From: Octopus bimaculoides
Lineage: Eukaryota
Length of the DNA stretch: 35,850 nt
Direction: 5' to 3'
Assembly: GCF_001194135.2 (NCBI RefSeq)
Contig: NC_068983.1
Span: forward strand, 79,180,334-79,216,183
The notes under the pieces are model-generated. The model had not been told where the DNA came from and searched no databases. It was given only the letters and a program-made list of their open reading frames with translations. Positions 33,335 through 35,850 of this stretch are shown here, piece after piece; position 1 is the stretch's first letter, and each line of letters begins with the position of its first letter. A program made the translations under genes and the position numbers.

Positions 33335-34479
33335 CTGATAGAACAATGTATAAAACGGGTAGATATTTCTGCTAGCTGGTTGTTTGGCAATCAGGATACG
33401 TCACCTGATTTAAGTGTGGTCTGAGCCTAGTTATTAAAGCTGTAAGGTTTCAATTGTAGGCTTTGCTACAACTACGTATAAATACCTAAGTTAAAGTCCG
33501 GCTACGGTCAGTTTTGCCATAAAAATATTCGCGGAGTCGATAAAATTATGTACAGATGAAGTATTAGGCTCGATGGTATCCACTACTCCGCCTCACCAAG
33601 TTGCTGGATTAGTCTAAATCAGAAACCATTATATTTATGAATTTCAAAACAAAGGAGGGGGAAAATCACCCGAACTTAGACGAAGTGAGTATGAAGTAGC
33701 TACTGCCATAGATTGAAATCAAAACTGAAGCAATACTTAGTTGTAGGATCGAAGAAAACCTTCCGAAATTTACTAGTACTTAGGTAATGTTAGTCGTTCT
33801 AGATAAATATATCACCATCATCATCATCATCATCATCCTTACAACCGTCATCGTTTTACACGCATCTCTAAATCTTAGTCTGAACTATATTCACAGCAAC
33901 GGCATTAATACAAGAATATAATGAGAAGAATAACGATTTATTTTTCAGTCAGCTGGACAGTTTAATTTGACTAGAATGTTGTTGGGGTGTGGAAATCTAG
34001 TCTTAGAACTAACAAGAGAAGATCAGAATCAACGCTATAATTCGGTGGACGACGTATTTATAGATACAACTAGCGTGAACTAAAGGATTAAGACATAATA
34101 CATTCGTGCGATTTATGATTCTAAAGTTATGAAATACTGCTACAATAAACTGCTGTAACGAAGTTCCGGGATTATAGAATAAACAGATAAATAAAAACAC
34201 ATTAACGAGCAGGCAAATATAAGTTTTGACGCGATCGCTTAACCAGCTAGACAGAGGAAGCAGACAAATTTTCTTCAAATCATACTCTACCGTCTTTTAG
34301 AAAATGGTCACCTTTGAAATAAACTAGTTCTGGACACACATATTTAATAAATGCCAATGTATGGATTTCTGAGCCCTCGAGTAACTCTAACTTCTACCGA
34401 TTATTAATTCTTTCTACTATAGGCACAAAGCCTGGACTTTGGGGAAGGGGACTCTCTCTCTCTATCCACACACACAATT

Positions 34480-34654
34480 GCAGCATGGAAGATGTTTGTA
34501 AGCCATTTAAGAACACACAAGAACTGTTAGTTTCACTTCAACATTTAAATTTAATTTGAATATCAAAATATTTTCCTCGCTTTGAAACTATGACCTGTTC
34601 ACTGACAAAACTTTGTGCAACACGAAGTTTTGTCGCTATGCAAGTACATCTTCG

Positions 34655-34700
<46 letters not shown>
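34480..34700 (+). mobile_element. Unclassified repeat with a subterminal palindrome, abutting a (TA)n tract (HINE/Helentron-like layout)
   Basis: Hairpin GACAAAACTT-TGTG-CAA-CACG-AAGTTTTGTC at 34604-34634, then ~13 nt, then (TA)n from ~34648 to 34698. No TIR or TSD seen. Confidence 0.4.
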
Positions 34701-34701
<1 letters not shown>

Positions 34702-34789
34702 CAATGTTAATTCTCTAAACGAAGTATTAACAGTAACTGCACGATAAAGTGTAGTATATTGCCACTTAAGTGTTGCCACTTATATATGA

Positions 34790-34910
34790 GTGCTCAACTA
34801 GTACTTATTTTATCGATTTTTGCGGAATTTGAACTCAAAATGTAATCACGGACGAAATGATGCTAAGCATTTTGTTTGGCATGCTAACAATTCTGCTAGC
34901 GCACCACCTT
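34790..34910 (-). mobile_element. Family A SINE fragment
   Basis: gtgctcaactagtacttattttatcgat...ggaatttgaactc...cggacgaaatgatgctaagcattttg...ctagcgcaccacctt. Confidence 0.8.
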
Positions 34911-35474
34911 CTGTCGTTTATTAAATAATGAAAAAAAAAATTATTCAAGTTTCGAGTTCTTAGAGTCATAGTACTTCGCGATGAGGTTTGACCTGGATCT
35001 AAATTATACGTTTTAATGATTATTTCTTTTTGTATAGTCTGAACTTTAAGATGTATAGAGGAGGATAGAAGGAAGATGCGACAAGTATTTCACAAGGACA
35101 TTTAATTATGCAAGTAAAGTGTTTAAAGGAAAATGTCACACGCATTCGTTTTGCCTATAATTCACACTACACTGTATGTCAACCATACAAACCTAGAGGA
35201 CAAGAGGAGCTAATGAAGAAACCTCCAGTAGCCAGATGTCCTTCAAATTACATCCTGCTATGTTTAAAGAACACCCAGGAAAATATCTCCCTAGATATAC
35301 TGTACTTTTTTTTTTTTTTTAAAGAAAAACAGTATTGTTAAGGCTAGAAAAACTGTTTTATATATATTTATTTATATATATATACTTTATTGAAAAGCAG
35401 CAAAAATATCACAAAAACTGTTACTCAGAGTTTCACGTTCCCATTCGTTGGACAGTTTTGATATACACACACGT

Positions 35475-35670
35475 GGCGAGCTGGCAGAACCATTAGCACG
35501 CCAGGTGAAATGCTTAGCGGTATTTCATTTGCCCTTACATTCTGAGTTCAAATTCCACCGAGGTCGACTTTGCTTTTCATCCTTTCAGGGACGATTAAAT
35601 AAATACCTACTGGGGTCGATGTAATCGACTTAACCCCTTTGTCTGTCCTCCATGTTTATCCCGCTGGGCA
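35475..35670 (+). mobile_element. Best-preserved family A SINE (used as the local reference)
   Basis: A-box-like TGGCAGAACCA and B box GAGTTCAAATTCC (35544-35556), then gaggtcgactttgc...ggggtcgatgtaatcgacttaacccc. Confidence 0.9.
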
Positions 35671-35674
35671 ATAT

Positions 35675-35682
35675 ATATATAC

Positions 35683-35716
<34 letters not shown>

Positions 35717-35850
35717 ATATATGTATATCTATATATATGTATATCTATATATATATATGTATATCTATATATATATATGTATATCTATATATATATATGT
35801 ATATCTATATATATATATGTATATCTATATATATATATGTATATCTATAT
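35675..35850. repeat. (TATC)n followed by a 20-bp tandem repeat ATATCTATATATATATATGT (~5.5 copies)
   Basis: TATC run ~35685-35714. Exact 20-mers from 35741 to the window end. Confidence 0.95.

Noticed and set aside
34009-34278. Hydrophobic 89-aa ORF with FICLFYNP...CLNPLVH resembling GPCR TM6-TM7
   Set aside because: Pro-to-Pro spacing is 28 residues versus ~35-36 in class A GPCRs such as rhodopsin. There is no W in the CWxP position or Y in NPxxY, and T-rich DNA readily gives hydrophobic peptides.

Overview
AT-rich eukaryotic genomic scaffold with eight N-gaps, most of them at microsatellites. The interspersed repeat sequences look to me like those of Octopus; this is recognition from memory, not a database search. 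I cannot support a complete protein-coding gene, rRNA, true tRNA or CRISPR array. The window is mostly intronic or intergenic sequence filled with several tRNA-derived SINE families and 8-bp-TSD MITEs, some nested inside other repeats. It also holds decayed fragments of three non-LTR retrotransposon clades (R4/Dong-like at 1.1-1.9 kb, CRE-like at 9.7-10.2 kb, RTE-like at 23.9-24.3 kb) and a 629-bp fold-back element with internal TTAGGG tracts. The items most worth follow-up are: (1) a pre-miRNA-like hairpin at 31248-31300 with an apical UGU and a downstream CNNC; (2) a sharp CpG-depletion boundary near 3.9 kb, readable from CpG decay in SINE copies; (3) a same-orientation array of seven diverged ~200-bp units with unique spacers at 12.5-14.2 kb; (4) a ~295-bp local duplication carrying a donor-intron-acceptor unit of a candidate small spliced ORF; (5) a 123-aa ORF faintly resembling the N-terminal region of Polinton/adintovirus PolB; (6) several minus-strand coding-like fragments of unknown identity. 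All counts and identities are by-eye estimates.
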